A DNA stretch of 63,672 nucleotides, filler included, from Collodictyon triciliatum (lineage: Eukaryota), in assembly GCA_043381765.1 (NCBI GenBank). It is 5 parts of 5 records of this genome, joined end to end, with 100 filler letters (N's around TTAATTAATTAA, not from the genome) between each part and the next. Parts side by side here need not be neighbours in the genome. Positions count along the whole stretch, not along the records: positions 28,320 to 42,359 come from JBHJMP010001880.1; positions 42,460 to 56,498 come from JBHJMP010001881.1; 3 more parts are not named here. One strand, written 5' to 3'. Of this stretch, positions 34,701-47,023 are shown piece by piece. The position numbers were made by a program, and so were the translations under genes. How positions within the stretch are numbered: the stretch's first letter is position 1; each line of letters begins with the position of its first letter. The notes beneath the pieces were generated by a model that ran no database searches, had not been told where the DNA came from, and saw only the letters and a list, made by a program, of their open reading frames with translations.

Positions 34701-37700
34701 TGTGACCAAGTAATTGCTGTCTTGGCATGGCCTTTGGATTCATCTGGTATAACCTGAATTCATTGGAATCGATATGTCAGTAACTTTGAATTCCATGAGC
34801 TCTTGATTATGTAATTAAGGGTACATCTCATGTTGAATAATGAGTACTTTACAACTTGTCCACACTTGTGCAAGGCCAAACGAAGAGTCTGCCAAATAGT
34901 TGATTTTCCACACCCAGAAGGGCCTGTAACCACCACACCCATACGCTGTCGCGTGGCTTCGTAAAATTGGAGGATTTTTCGGATCTGAGTATGATTCTCC
35001 TGTAACTTTTGTTCAGTGAGAGCTTCCTATAATTTTACAAGACGATGTCAGAAAAAATAATGTTGATAAAACTTGCAAATAATCATATTATATCATTTTG
35101 CTTATCCTAACTTTCCTTTTTGAAGGAGAAAAATCATTATATCTTTCGATGATGAATCGTCGAACCTTAATTTTTTCAGTAAGTGTGGCATAGTCAACAT
35201 CTTGAACTTCGGTGCCCGGAAAAATGTCCTGAATAAGTGCTTGGAATCGTTGCAAATCTGTAAACGTGAGCTTTGAAAGAGTATTTACACGCAAAGACTT
35301 GACGACAAGCTGGTTTTCGATTTTGGCATCAATATTTGTCCTAGCCTTTCGTTCCTCCTTGTATAATAATGGTAAATACATTTAAATACAACATATACTC
35401 AGCTAAAGTATAAATTGCATAGCGTAGGGATAATGATTAGTGTCAACAATTTTTTTCTCGTTAAAAGGCAATGAATCACCTGGAGAAGCTGTCCAGCAAC
35501 TCGTAAGACAGTTTTCAGGGCACGGAGCCCCCAATCATAATGCTGTTGTGAACTAAGGAGTTGCTTTGATAGTGTAAATACCGAAACTATCTTACGACCA
35601 CATTCTCTGGCATTCATGTAGCCTTCAGCATACCTATTTTATATAAAAAGAAAAAATCCTGTTATTTCAGATATATTTATATTAGATAATTTGTCTACTT
35701 AAGCGCAAAAAGAGGCGATGTCCCCGTCAATACACACGACAATAGAAAGTTGTGTACTACAGAGGGCAAGTATGTCAATAAATAAAATGAAGGAAGGTAG
35801 GAAGGAAGGGAGTAATATTACAAAAGTGTCTCCGCAATCAAATCATTGTCTGGCGCAGACATTGCAACAGGGCGGAAAAGCTGTTTCAAATTGTCCGGTA
35901 GCTTAGAACGACCTCCATAACTATAATCGTGTGGCATCAGTTTTTCTTTCTATATCTTACTTTTTTTTTTTGCATACAAAAAAAAAAACCGTCAAATTTA
36001 CCGCAATAATTATTCGTTTCTTTTCATTTTTTTTTTTAAAAAAACAAATATTAAAAATATAAAGTTGCGATCGTACCCTTTCCCAGCGGGGTTCAGGGTG
36101 ACGAATATGGCGGCATTGTGGTCGACTTCGATTACTCTCTCCAGTAATTCCAACTTCTCGCTTTTTTTTCTTAACGCATCCTATTAAATTCGTGAGAAAA
36201 AGAAAGATGATATTCATCCAACATGATGAAAAGGGAATGATTGAATTCTATTTACACATCCAGTATTAATTATATATGAGAAAAATGAAAGACTTACTTG
36301 GATAACTTGGATTTGAGTAGAAACTGCAGAGAGCACATCTTCTTCCAGACGATTAAACTCATCAAAACATCCCCTTTTGTTCAAAGGTGGATTTAGCTAA
36401 TCCCCCCTTTTTTTTCAGAAAAATGAATGTGATATTCGATAAATGATGTATATATATTACCATGCGCCTGACTTTACAAGACCCGCAAATATACGACCCA
36501 TGCTTTTGTAGTCAATTCCTTCATCGCAATTAAAAACGAGAACTTGTCGCCCAAATGCTAGCCCAAGAGCCTTTACAGATTCTGTTTTTCCTGTTATATT
36601 GTAAAGCATTTGCAAACGGTATGTTATTATGGCATAGCCGAGTATTTTATTCTAACACAAAAACAACCTATTTCCCTTGTTCTATAATGGATATCATAAT
36701 ACCTGTTCCAGCCGGCCCGTAAGGATTTCCTCCCATTCCCAAAGAGAGCCCTTGAGTCAAGGTCAGATAGCACTTGTCTGTTAGTGGAGTGTGGACAAGA
36801 CGGGGTGCATTTCCTTGATACTCGTAGGTATAGTCGAAAAATCCCTATATTTAAACGTCACGGCGTTGACAACGAATAAATAAATAAATAAATAAAATTA
36901 GAGGAGGAAGAGAAATAAAAATAAAACAAAAGGACAAAAGTGAAACCAGAGAAAAAATGATACATTATTATTATGATTGGAATTAATTTTTTGTTTGTTT
37001 GTTTGCTCGTTTGAAAGAAAGACGCACGGAACTCATCCTAATATTAATCAGGCTCTTCTCGTTGAGATAAAAGCGGAGTTGTTTCTGCCATTCCCAAGAA
37101 TTCAAAGTTGTGACCTGTGCAGCCGAGAGTTGGTCTACTACATCCATATTGTGGATGACATCCAGGATTAGGCCTGCATAATTAAAAGAAAAAGGGCAGT
37201 CAGTATCAAAGTGAATTTTGTATCATAAATGTACACTTTAAGAAAAAGTAGCCACAGTTGATAAAATATACCTTGAATCTTAAGGAATAGGACTCGATCA
37301 TCTCCTGCGGTTATTTCAGTCAGTTGTTTCAATCGACCCTTTCAGAAAGAAAAAAACACCAACTTAACAGTGTCACTAGCTACAAAAAATAAGAAAGATT
37401 GGAGCAATCACATGAAATATCATTCTTTGTTGATAAGAAGAATTATAAAGACTACCTTTTGAACATCTTTGAATTTTCCTAACCCTTTCTGGGTGATGGC
37501 CTCTTCGCATCCCTTTGTGAAGCTGGTGCATTCTGAAAGGGACAATATTTGTGCTGGAAACACACTTGGGTCTGCCTTTTTTATGCATTCAATTACCATT
37601 TTCTGGAGCGTCGACTGGTTGAAAGATACGATTATCAATCGAGATTAATAAATAGTCAATTGAAATTGAAATATTATCTTAAATGATGTGGTATAATACA

Positions 37701-40700
37701 TGATACGGTTTTTCTTTCGTATCTTTATTTGTAAATGGTTGATACCTTCATTTCATCTGTGAGAGATGACAACCACACCTCAACTTCTTCGGTAATTGCA
37801 ACTTCCTTTGATAAAGGGACAACTTCTCCTTCGGAACTCTACGATTAAGGATGTTTTGAATTTTCGCCTGTTAATGTTCCATGAGTTGAATTGCAGTAAG
37901 TAGAGAAATTTACATAGTTGCATAGTAGAATTTAGAAGGGTCCATTTTAGGTTGTTACCTTAATTTCTAGAATAGAGCTTTTATTAGCATTAAACGTGAC
38001 ACGGCGAATGCCAGCATAGAGTTTTTGCATTTGACTTTCGATGACTTGGGGATCCTTTGATTGACCTAGAATCTCCAGCAAATCGTCGTCGCCGATAAAG
38101 TAGAACCGGGGGAACTTACTCCTTTTCTCCTCAAGGAAGTTGGCAAGCGCTTTCTGACATCTCTCAAGTTGGTCGAGCATAGTCTGTGGCGTTAATAAAC
38201 ATTTATTTATTTTTAAAAAAAGGGGGGTTATCACCAAATAGTTCAACATAATTAAACCTTGCTGATAATGAACATGAATGATAAGGCAAATTACTTTGCA
38301 GTTTTCTAGTAAATTTGGAAAAGATGTGAGGGTAACAACACGGTTATCACGTGTAAGAGAGCTCATAATGCTGCGGAAATCTTCATCGATACGACGGAAT
38401 CGTCTGTATAATAAGGTTCAAATTATCGACATCAGCAATACAATGTTAACATTTCGTTTTAGCTTATTGGTCGATATTGTAAGAAGTAAATACGATTGCT
38501 CGCTGGGCAATGAGCCTCGTGAAAAAATAGGCTCCAGGTAAACCCATTTTCGTTGGATTTGATTAAGCAGTAACAGAAGCTCGTCCAGAATGATAAACTA
38601 AATCATACATGTCACTAAGGGTGAAACTTTTCAAGAAGAATGATATAAGAAAATATAGAGAGAAAAAAGGAAGCCCAAAAGCGAGATAAAAAATAAGTTG
38701 TAGATAAATTATTTTCTCAGTCTCAAAAACCTTCGATTCCCATGCTGCTGCATCTGCCTGGAAACGTCCAAAGAATGGAGACACTTTTAGCGATTGAACC
38801 AAAGCCTGGTTATCACCAATACTAGTCATAACATCCTTCCATTCCTTAATCAAACATATTGGTTTGGCAGCCTAATAATATGCAAAGTAATGAATTACAC
38901 AAGTAAAATGAACTGAGTCAAAGATATAGCAGAGGCAGTCATATATTCTAAATTTATTATCACAATACCTCTGTGCGTTCCATCATCACGAATTTACAAT
39001 CCTGCGCCCATTTTTCAACCTCTTCCAAGGCTTCGCGAATTGATACCTCACCTTGGGCTCTAGCGATAAGGTCCTATGCGTAGGGCAGAAAAGAGGATTT
39101 TGTGGGTAATGGAGTTTATGAAGAATTGTTAACACTCAATTTATTTATCTTGAGTTGTTTCATGCAGGGAAAAGAAGGTCTCAGTGAAGGTTCATGCAAC
39201 GAGATTAAGACACTTATACCTTAATGTCTTGAAGCTTCTGAATTAATGCATCCCCTGTTTTGAGAAAATGGCCAAATTGGAGTGTATCTCTACTCACTCC
39301 TGGCAATCCCAACATTCTAAACAACTGTTGCCAGTGCTCGATTTCCATTTGATCTCCTCTTACAATCCTAGCGAGAACAATATGGCAATTAATGAGAGAA
39401 TAAGATATTTACCTTATTGTGACAAATTTAATCATATGCAGGTATATACCTGTTTTTTTTTTTAATTAGAAAATAAGTAAAATAGTAAATAATATTATTT
39501 GCCTACTCGACTAAAATATAAGAAAGTACTTACTTCAGTGCAGGAATATACGATTGATATGCTTGAAGATTTTTCTTCATATTCAACACAATGGGTTCGT
39601 TCGGCACTGTTTTCAACTTCTCGTCCCATTTGATAACAAAGTCCTCAAACACGTAAATCCTTAATCGGAACGTCAACCAGTCCTGCTTCTCCAAATCGTT
39701 AAGCTCACTCAACATCTCGTATAGTACACCCCAATCATCTTCGTACCTTAATATTGAAATAGTGTTGAATTTTTCGACAAAAAAATAGAAAAAAAAAGCT
39801 CTTGTGGTGGGATTACATATAAAGAAGCTGATTATCTGGTAGTCCTTCTAACCTTTTCAGTTCAGTGCCAGCATTATCAAATTTATCAAACTTCGGCAGT
39901 GTAACATTGAAGTGTGTGCTCTCAGTGCGAAGATCAGATAATTCTTTGGCAAGTTCATCGTATTCTTGTCGTTTTCCAGATATCAAATCAACCACTTTCT
40001 TGGCCTCCCTTCAAGGGTTTCATTAATGTCATATATTAACAAGAGGAATAATTCAGTACCATTGCAATACATTTGTTTTGTTTTTGTTCACAGTCAAAAG
40101 TTCCGCAAGTTGCATAATACAAAAAATTACTCATAGGTGGCAAGTGTAGTGTTCGGACGTGATTCGTTCTACGATAAGGGATTATATAAGATTAAGTAAT
40201 CAATCGCCTAGTATATGGAAAAAAAAAAAAAAGTTGGTGACAGAATAGGGCGAAAGAGATAAGGAATGTGGTGACATATACTGACCCATTTATTAACATA
40301 TTTGTCAGCTCTTCCTTGAAATTCTTTCAGGCGCTCTTTCATTCCAGCTTTAATAATTTCTGTTTGTTTTGATATGATTTGATTGTGTCCTTTCAACGCC
40401 ATGTCCAGTTGCTATCAAGAGAAGAAGCCAAAGGTCAGATTTATAGAGCTTACATGAAATCGAACTATATTTATAATGAATGTTCACCGCACCTCCATTC
40501 TGGTTTGAATTCCAACAACATCTATTCCAAACCCGATAATTGATTTGAGTAATTGATTCTTCACTTCAAATTCTTGGTATGTTTCTTGGACTTTAACCTA
40601 TTTTGAAGTTTTAATTCAAAAACTACAGGTATATATACTATTAAAGATATAGGAAAAAGAGAAAGCAATTACAGCGAATCTATAAGAAAAGATGTTTTTT

Positions 40701-42283
40701 TTTTTTAAAGCTGCATTGAATAATAAGAAACTTCTTATCTGTGATAAAAAAAATACATTTTGTTCTTGAATCTGAACACGGGCGTCACGGGCATCTTTTA
40801 CTTCGGATATAGTTTTGGGTTTACCACTCAATCGTTCCAGCGACCTAGCGCGCAAGTCGTATAACAATTAATGTAAACTTACAAAATGTGAATATCTCAT
40901 TTCATTTCATTTCATTCCTTTATCTCTCTCTCTCTCTCTTTTTTTTTTTTTTGGAGGGGCGGCGTTAAATCTTTGAAGACTCACACTGTGATGAAATTAT
41001 CAACTTCTGCCAAATCCCTCATCGCAGCCGACTTCAATGAAGAGACGATAGCATCGACAAATCGCTTCAGATTTTTACTTGTTAACACGCTATATTGCTC
41101 CAGAAGGACAATATGTACGAAAAGGTACATAACTCAATTGCATAATTTCGTGTAAAATTAAAACAACCTGCAGTATGTCAGACAACGCAGCCTTCATCGG
41201 CGCAGCTGATATTGTGAAGCAATCAACCTGAATCCATCATGATTACATTATACATGATATTTAAATTGATATGAATATTCTAATATAGGGGAATATTAAT
41301 CATAAAAAGATAACAATACCAAATTGAATGAAAAATGATGTATAATCATATTTAACTCTAGCATACAATTCTTCAAAACCTTATATGTATCCAATAATTT
41401 TGTCAGGTCCTTTTCTTTGTTCCTAATCATCTTGACGCTACCCTCAAAGCTTGAAATTCCTTTCACGTTCTGTAGATGTATTGAATCACTTTCATTCGAA
41501 TTTGTGTCAAACCCGAAAATGATGAATATATAATGGATTTGTGGAGGATTGTACATACATCGTCGACAAATCTGTCTATATCCACCACTGATGCAAAGGC
41601 AGACCATTCGTAAAAAGAATCTTGTAGGCTAAGCAGGCGAGAAAATAAATCCTCTGATTTTTTGAACACGGTATATAAAGCCTCTGGATTTCTGTTCAGG
41701 ATGGCCTACAGGTAAGATTATCGATTTTGTGTCAAAGATCTTAAATAATTATTGATTTTTTAGCAATATTTTTTTTTAAAAAAAAAGGTTGATTTTGATT
41801 TACTCTGAATATAGAAGATTCTCCGACACCAGAAAAGTTATTAGGGATTGAGATGAATTTCTTCATTTCACGAAAATATCTTGAACGAAGCTCTTCGATG
41901 GGTGGGTTGAACTATATTGTTTGTTTATTCATTCATTTAGAAGATGAATACGTCAGGACAAACAGAAGGATTAAAAAAATACCACTCTACGACTATATTT
42001 TTTTTTGTCGGTTAGAATGTATATTTTAACAAATTATTCATTCATTTTTCATACTTGAAGGCGTTGTTTCTGGACAATTAATTGGCATGGTATTTCAGTA
42101 AGATTTTCGTTTAGGCACTCAAGGCCTAATATGAACTGAAGGGAAATTTGAGAATGAATGTTTTCTTGATTTTTCTATTACTTGAGAAACTATTGAACTT
42201 GGGACAGCTCTTATACCTGAAATTCCAATGCTTTGAATAGTTGATAATCGCAGTGCATCTTCCACATGGACAAATCGCTGTAG
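28719..42283 (-). CDS. DYNC2H1: Cytoplasmic dynein-2 (IFT retrograde) heavy chain, internal fragment filling the whole contig
   Basis: [20 protein letters not shown]1 GPAGT|GKTE, AAA2 [39 protein letters not shown], dynein-2-type [10 protein letters not shown] and [39 protein letters not shown]4 GRGGVGRR, then stalk coiled coil. Both ends are missing. Confidence 0.92.
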
Positions 42284-42350
<67 letters not shown>

Positions 42351-42359
42351 AAAAAAAAA

Positions 42360-42459
42360 NNNNNNNNNNNNNNNNNNNNNNNNNNNNNNNNNNNNNNNNN
42401 NNNTTAATTAATTAANNNNNNNNNNNNNNNNNNNNNNNNNNNNNNNNNNNNNNNNNNNN
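42360..42459. other. Artificial assembly linker N44-TTAATTAATTAA-N44
   Basis: Identical 100-nt spacer. Confidence 0.98.
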
Positions 42460-43271
42460 CCTTTCTTTTTCTTTTCTTTTTCTTTTTCTTTTTCTTTTTC
42501 TTTTTCTTTTTCTTTTTCTTTTTCTTTTTCTTTTTTTCTCTTTTCCTTGTTTTTATTTTCCTTTTTTCTTCGGTTTCATTCATCCTGTAAATGGATAAAC
42601 TTCATTACAAAGGTTGTGACGAACTTGGTTTTGTCCCTTTCAAGGCACAACACTTTTTATACAACAAAAGTGTACCCATGTATAGCAGTTTATTGCACAG
42701 ACAACCATCGAATTAAATCTGGATTGACGAAAGCAGGAGCTTTGAATAATCCATGAAACAACCAGAATAATATAATAGTATGATTAGTATAAAATAAAAT
42801 AAGGTTAAAACTACTTAATAATCATTCTATTCCTATAATCAATTTATACTTTTTTTTCATCGATGTATGTACTATCATTAAGATTCATAAATGACAAACA
42901 AGCCGCTGTCTTAGCCCAAACAGAACCCACCCTATCATCCTGCCACCAAACATGCATTTAAAAAAAAGCATACTATCCACACTTGCGGCGGTAATCATGT
43001 TGTTTTGAGCCGATATGTTGACTTTCAATCACAATGGCTCTACGGCCATCCTATCGAACTCACCGAATCGGCTCTCAGCGTTTTGTCTCAAATCACTTAT
43101 AAAAAAAAACTTATTGTTGTTGTTTGTCACAAAGCGCACATTTTGAGAGTCTCATAGATGCTTAATTTTACATAGATTGATATTGTGCAGTTGTTTTTTT
43201 TAAAAAATTAACTTGATTAATTGACTGATTGACTAAAGTTTTTTTAAATTGAGAAATCGGTAGTTTTCTAA

Positions 43272-45249
43272 AGGAAAAAGAAAAGCAAAGACTTTCACAC
43301 GAAGAAAAGAAAACATCTTGAGTCTAGGAATCTAAAGTCTGTGAAACCAGGCTATCGAAATGTGAGAACATCTCTCAAGTCGATTGTAAAGAATGCGGAT
43401 GACTATTACAAAATCAACGATACGGTTTTATTGTGTCATAATTTGGTTACCGACACTTATCTGTTAACAAGATGCTACCTATTGAAATCACAACAACCCC
43501 CAAAAATCGATGAAAAGTTTTTTTTCTGTATGCTTTAAAGACAGTCGGAATAGTTTCACAAGGTAGACCTGCAAGACTAAAAAAAAAAAAAAACATCCAG
43601 AAATGTGAGAAATGACATGATGACTTTTATCTCAATGATTTTTGATTCCTTTTGTCCCGGAAAGAACGCTTTCCGTTGGTCGGACTGTCTCATGTATTAC
43701 CCTACTTGGTGAAGCAAATGCTAACAGCTTATCATAATAACATTAAGGAACATTTTGTTAAGAGGTTCCTGTGCTTTATAAATCAAACAGTTCCTCAAGA
43801 TGAGAATATGACGGAATCTATTAATAAAGACAGAGTTACGAAAGTTAAAAAAAAAAAGCCATCTTCAAGAAACTCGAAATACCAGAACAATATAAAGAAT
43901 GGTCTATAACGTATTTGCGTCATATCATTCCCAACAGTATTGTAAAAGGTATCAAATATGACGCCAAAGTCAATCAAAATAAGTACGCACCATGTTTGAT
44001 TTACATGAATCGCATTTTTTGGGGACATTTGAGCCAAACTGTTTCAACCAATCTCTATAAGAGCTAACAATATACCATGTCATATTAGTCTAGATACTGC
44101 ATGTTTGATAGCTATTAGTATTGTCTGGAAAAACATTATTACTGAAGAATATATCAGGATGCAATGAGACCATATGGGATAAGTTCTTTGAAATGAAGAA
44201 GAGGGTCTTTCATCAAACATACTACAATTTTAAATACACGATACAAACAGACGGCTTTGCAGTGTCATTATTATTTGAAAAGAAAGGCATTTCAAATTCA
44301 AAAATCAATTAAAATCAAAAAAACAAGAATATGTTTATTTAGATGAACTTTCCGAAGAGCGGTTATCTTTAATCAGCGACAAACAAATGTAGTTGGAGTA
44401 GACGCAGGCAAGTTTAATTTTGTTTACATGGTGGATGAGACAGGTAAGCAATTACGTTACGCGGCACACCAAAGAAGACATGATAACAAGTCTCTTAAAA
44501 ATCACAAAATACTCTTGCGCGAAAAAAAAAAAGTAGAGTACAATTAGTCAGGGATATGCATGTCAACAAGCTTACAGAGTACTGTTTCTTTTGGTCACAT
44601 GTCTTTTGAAGAGAATCAGCGGTTTGAGACTTCAAGAGCATCTTTAGTCGATTTAGACACATAACTGAGTTAACATAATTCATGCACGGTTGATTATGAA
44701 AAATTTCGAAAATATGTATCTATGAAATCAAGATACCAGATAGAATTATCCAGATTTTACGAACACGTAACTTTTCGAAAGATGAGATGGAGACAATATG
44801 TTAATACAAAAAAAGTGAAGAGTTGTTTATGGACCGAATCGAAAAGACATTTGGCAAGGATGTTGTACTGGCGTATGGAGACTGGAGCAGAAAATCTCAG
44901 ATGAACCATTTTATACCAAAAATCGGAAGAGGGTAACGAAAAATACTATCCAAACGTTTTGAAACAGTTAGCGTAGATGAATTTAGAACCTCCAAGATGT
45001 GTTGCAACTGCGAAAAAGAGCTGGAATATATGACACTGAAAGGAAATTCAAAAAAAAATATGTCTCATATGTAAGGAATGCAATCGCTCAGAAAGCAAAC
45101 AAAGTTTATTCTTGACAAGGGACTTTAACAGCGCTTATGATGTACTCAACAAAGAACTTTTAATCCTTCAAAAAATGCATACATCTTCATCTAAAAAACA
45201 GGCTGCTGGGTCTTTCCTGGCAGCCTTCACCACTACACAATCTTTGTGA
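43272..45249 (+). pseudogene. Fanzor1 (eukaryotic TnpB-family RNA-guided endonuclease), near full length, multiply frameshifted
   Basis: Stitched frames give RKKKSKDFHTKKRK..VRTSLKSIVK..LPYLVKQMLTAYHNNIKEHFVKRF..KYDAKVN..LIYMN..KLFQPISIRANNIPCHISLDT..IWDKFF..TIQTDGFAVSLLF..VVGVDAGK (RuvC-I D, 44401)..LRYAAHQRR..HNSCTVDYEKF..FRKMRWRQY..VLAYGDWS..VDEFRTSKMCCNC (RuvC-II E, 44979)..CKEC..TRDFNSA (RuvC-III D, 45121). Confidence 0.9.
44544..44649. mobile_element. 94-bp insertion inside Fanzor flanked by 6-bp direct repeat TTAGTC (possible target-site duplication)
   Basis: TTAGTC at 44544-44549 and 44644-44649. Removing the insert brings KILLREKKK next to (L)VDLDT*LS*HNSCTVDYEKF at a plausible spacing. 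Confidence 0.55.
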
Positions 45250-45330
45250 AAAGTGGTGAGACCTTGGATACTAGCGCACCTGGTTTACCAATCGAAAGAA
45301 TTGTGTATACTTCTAGTAATGTGTATTTAA
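45200..45330 (+). ncRNA. Putative Fanzor omegaRNA (fRNA) scaffold
   Basis: Three adjacent stems overlapping the 3' end of the Fanzor frame. (1) AGGCTGCTGGG/CCTGGCAGCCT at 45200-45226. (2) TCACCACT/AGTGGTGA with inner CACAA/TTGTG at 45227-45259. (3) TACTAG/CTAGTA at 45269-45318, enclosing a GAAA-tetraloop hairpin at 45286-45308. Confidence 0.65.
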
Positions 45331-46161
45331 TGACCATACCACCAAATCTGTGAATCTCTTGATACACAGTATAAAATTACAATTTTGTATGTATGGTGCT
45401 CCTTTTGTGGACTACTTGCAATTCTATCACCAAGGTGACCTCGGCAGCAGTCCCTTTGGAGAACAGATGTTTCATAATCAAGTTTTGGTGGTTGCAGAGT
45501 AAAAACTTTTAAGTAACTACGAAAAGTCATATGACGAACCAATGAAATATCTACTGCAATTACCTTGATGGTCACATGCAACCTGGAAGTGAGGATGACT
45601 GAATCAGGGGAAAACTAGTAGCAATTATAATACACAAGAGCAAATAATAAGATATATACATAAATCACTAAATTGTAACAATTAACTATTTACCTATTTT
45701 CTGTTTAGATGAACGCGCACTGCACAACCACACCAGCACAATCTCCAGACAAGCAAAGACACCGAATCAATTGCCAGTCCAGCCAAATCATTCCGATACG
45801 ATTAGAGAGTGTCTCCACCCTTCGCTCATTTTCCAGAACTGGATATAGCGGCGCATAGCGGGCGGCAGTTTAGTTGTAGCGCACCGCGCTGGACGTGTCT
45901 AAACATGCCAATCTGCCAACTCACACCGAACCAGATGCGCAGCGAAAGGCGCGCGAGCCATCCTATTCTACTATTCTTTTTCCTTCGTGATCAGAGCAGA
46001 GACGGAGGGAAAAAAAAAAAAAGAGACAGAGACGAGCGTAGCGATACGGCCGAAGCCTGCCTGCTTGGCTCCTCGAGTCGCCTCGTGCGGCCTGTGATCG
46101 ACTCCACAGACGGGTCACGCCACTACCGACCTTGTGTGTTTGGGTGGACAATACCTGTTTC

Positions 46162-46410
46162 CTTTTTCCTTTTTTTCTTTTTTCTTTTTTTCTTTTTCTT
46201 TTTTCTTTTTTCTTTTTTCTTTTTTCTTTTTTCTTTTTTCTTTTTTCTTTTTTCTTTTTTCTTTTTTCTTTTTTCTTTTTCTTTTTTCTTTTTTTCTTTT
46301 TTTCTTTTTTTCTTTTTTCTTTTTTCTTTTTTTCTTTTTCTTTTTTCTTTTTCTTTTTCTTTTCTTTTCTTTTTTCTTTTTTCTTTTTTCTTCTTTCTTT
46401 TTTTCTTGTT
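46162..46410. repeat. (TnC)n polypyrimidine low-complexity tract
   Basis: Direct T-run/C array that explains the spurious poly-K and poly-F ORFs. Confidence 0.93.
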
Positions 46411-47023
46411 TTGTTTTTGTTTTTCACTGTTGCACTTGACTCTTTGAGTTTGAGTGGATTGTTCGATGAAGAGACCTACCGGCAGTAACTGCACTGGCAA
46501 ACAAAAAAAAGCAAGCAAAAGCGGGCTTAGTGGACTTTTCACTATTCATACGAGTCGTATGTGTATGTATATGTGTATGCATATGTATATCTAAGTAAAG
46601 AAGACCAAGTGAGAGCATTCACAAAAGAACGAAAAGAACCACGCGTGGCTACGTATTTTCAGGGGTCTCTGTAACAGATGATTTGAGTGTGTTTCTATAT
46701 GCCGCTACTCCCAGGGAATGAGTGTTATATCGCTGATAAAATAAAATAAAAAAAAAGTATTTTCATCGAGACGTTCATGCATTTTCCCTATATGTCGGAG
46801 GACACTTACGCAACATACACTCATCAGCTCAGAAAGCAGCGGACCACAAGTCTAGTCTGGAAGGGAAGAAGAGCAAGAGGAAGATTTTCGGAAGGAACCA
46901 TAGTGAATAACTAACAAACAAACAAACAAACAAACAGACAAAACGACAAGAAAAGTAGCAAACAAGCAATCATACTCGAGAACATAGAAAGGAGAGAAGA
47001 AGAAGAAGAAAACGCAACCGCAA

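Noticed and set aside
44660-44940. In-frame TAA codons in the Fanzor as evidence of stop-codon reassignment
   Set aside because: Host genes here end in TAA (ECI, GT90, FKBP, ankyrin-Rab) and the element also has many frameshifts; ordinary decay explains them.
45327-45581. Minus-strand 84-aa ORF beside the Fanzor as a partner transposase
   Set aside because: No DDE, HUH, serine or tyrosine recombinase, or helicase motif is recognisable.
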